Below are positions 63,321-64,000 of a stretch of DNA of 64,000 nucleotides, piece after piece. The notes below the pieces were generated by a model. It was not told the DNA's origin. It searched no databases and saw nothing but the letters and a program-made list of their open reading frames with translations. Source of the stretch: Octopus vulgaris. Its lineage: Eukaryota. The stretch covers positions 47,120,001-47,184,000 of the forward strand of contig OX597816.1 in assembly GCA_951406725.2 (NCBI GenBank), in the 5' to 3' direction. Each line of letters starts with the position of its first letter. The stretch's first letter is position 1. Made by a program: the position numbers and the translations under genes.

Positions 63321-64000
63321 CAACTGAAATAAAATGCCTTGAGTATGAAACCTGCAGCTATCATTTGAGCCCTACCTTTGGAACCAGGTCAACTTGGGTT
63401 GATGTGACCTATCATCAAAAATGTTTCAGCTGTGACCACTTCATCTTTCTAGTGGTATACCTTGAACTACATCATCCAATGTATCCTTATTTAAAAGAGT
63501 AGAGTAAATTTGAAGACAGATTTGGTTGGTATTACTAGCTGATTGAACAGCCACACAGGTTCCCACTCTTCAGCTTGTTTAGCTTTTATCGAAATTTTAT
63601 TTGAAACTAGATACCAGTGAAGATTGTGCTTCTCAAAATTTTGGACTTGGGAGTGAATTGGCTGAGTCATCAGAGCATAAAACAAAATGCTTCCAGTATT
63701 GTTACAGCTCTGTCCTGAATTTAAATCATATCAAAGGCAGTTTTGTCCTTCATATGTTGGAGGTGATAAAATAAGGTGCTAGTCCTGGACAGTGGTTCTC
63801 TGGAATTAATAGAGCATTGGATGAGGATTTTTTGCAGTATTTCTAGTTTTTTTTTTTGGCATACTGAATTCTTGGGTGGTACACTTCACCTGATTCTTGG
63901 GTATCTTTAGCAGAGTTTGTTCAAATGCAAACATTTGGACCAGGTCTCGGTTCCCAGTTTGAAGATAACTTTCTCCTTTTATTCCACCAGTCTCATAAGT

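Overview
AT-rich, microsatellite- and transposon-dense eukaryotic genomic DNA. The SINE, RTE and MITE repertoire is typical of a coleoid cephalopod, most likely Octopus (inferred, not proven). Two spliced genes sit head-to-head on a very compact bidirectional promoter at about 16,341-16,425. On the minus strand are the first five coding exons of CTNNBL1 (beta-catenin-like 1, Prp19 complex), whose intron 4 (72..1654) is a U12-type AT-AC minor-spliceosome intron. On the plus strand is a complete ZC3H18 gene: a probable non-coding first exon ending at 16,563, 17 coding exons from 33,989 to 59,537 (about 1,245 aa by my manual splicing), and a likely long 3' UTR. Introns hold tRNA-derived SINEs, RTE, Dong/R4, Penelope, Helitron/Helentron, mariner/Tc1, Merlin, hAT and piggyBac-type relics. 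The most unusual signal is a set of short elements embedded in (TA)n arrays that carry minimal hammerhead-ribozyme-like motifs and/or fold back into long inverted repeats with a one-sided tail, near a Penelope GIY-YIG relic. Most of the ORF track (Y/I/M/C/V/H/T-rich ORFs) is microsatellite noise.
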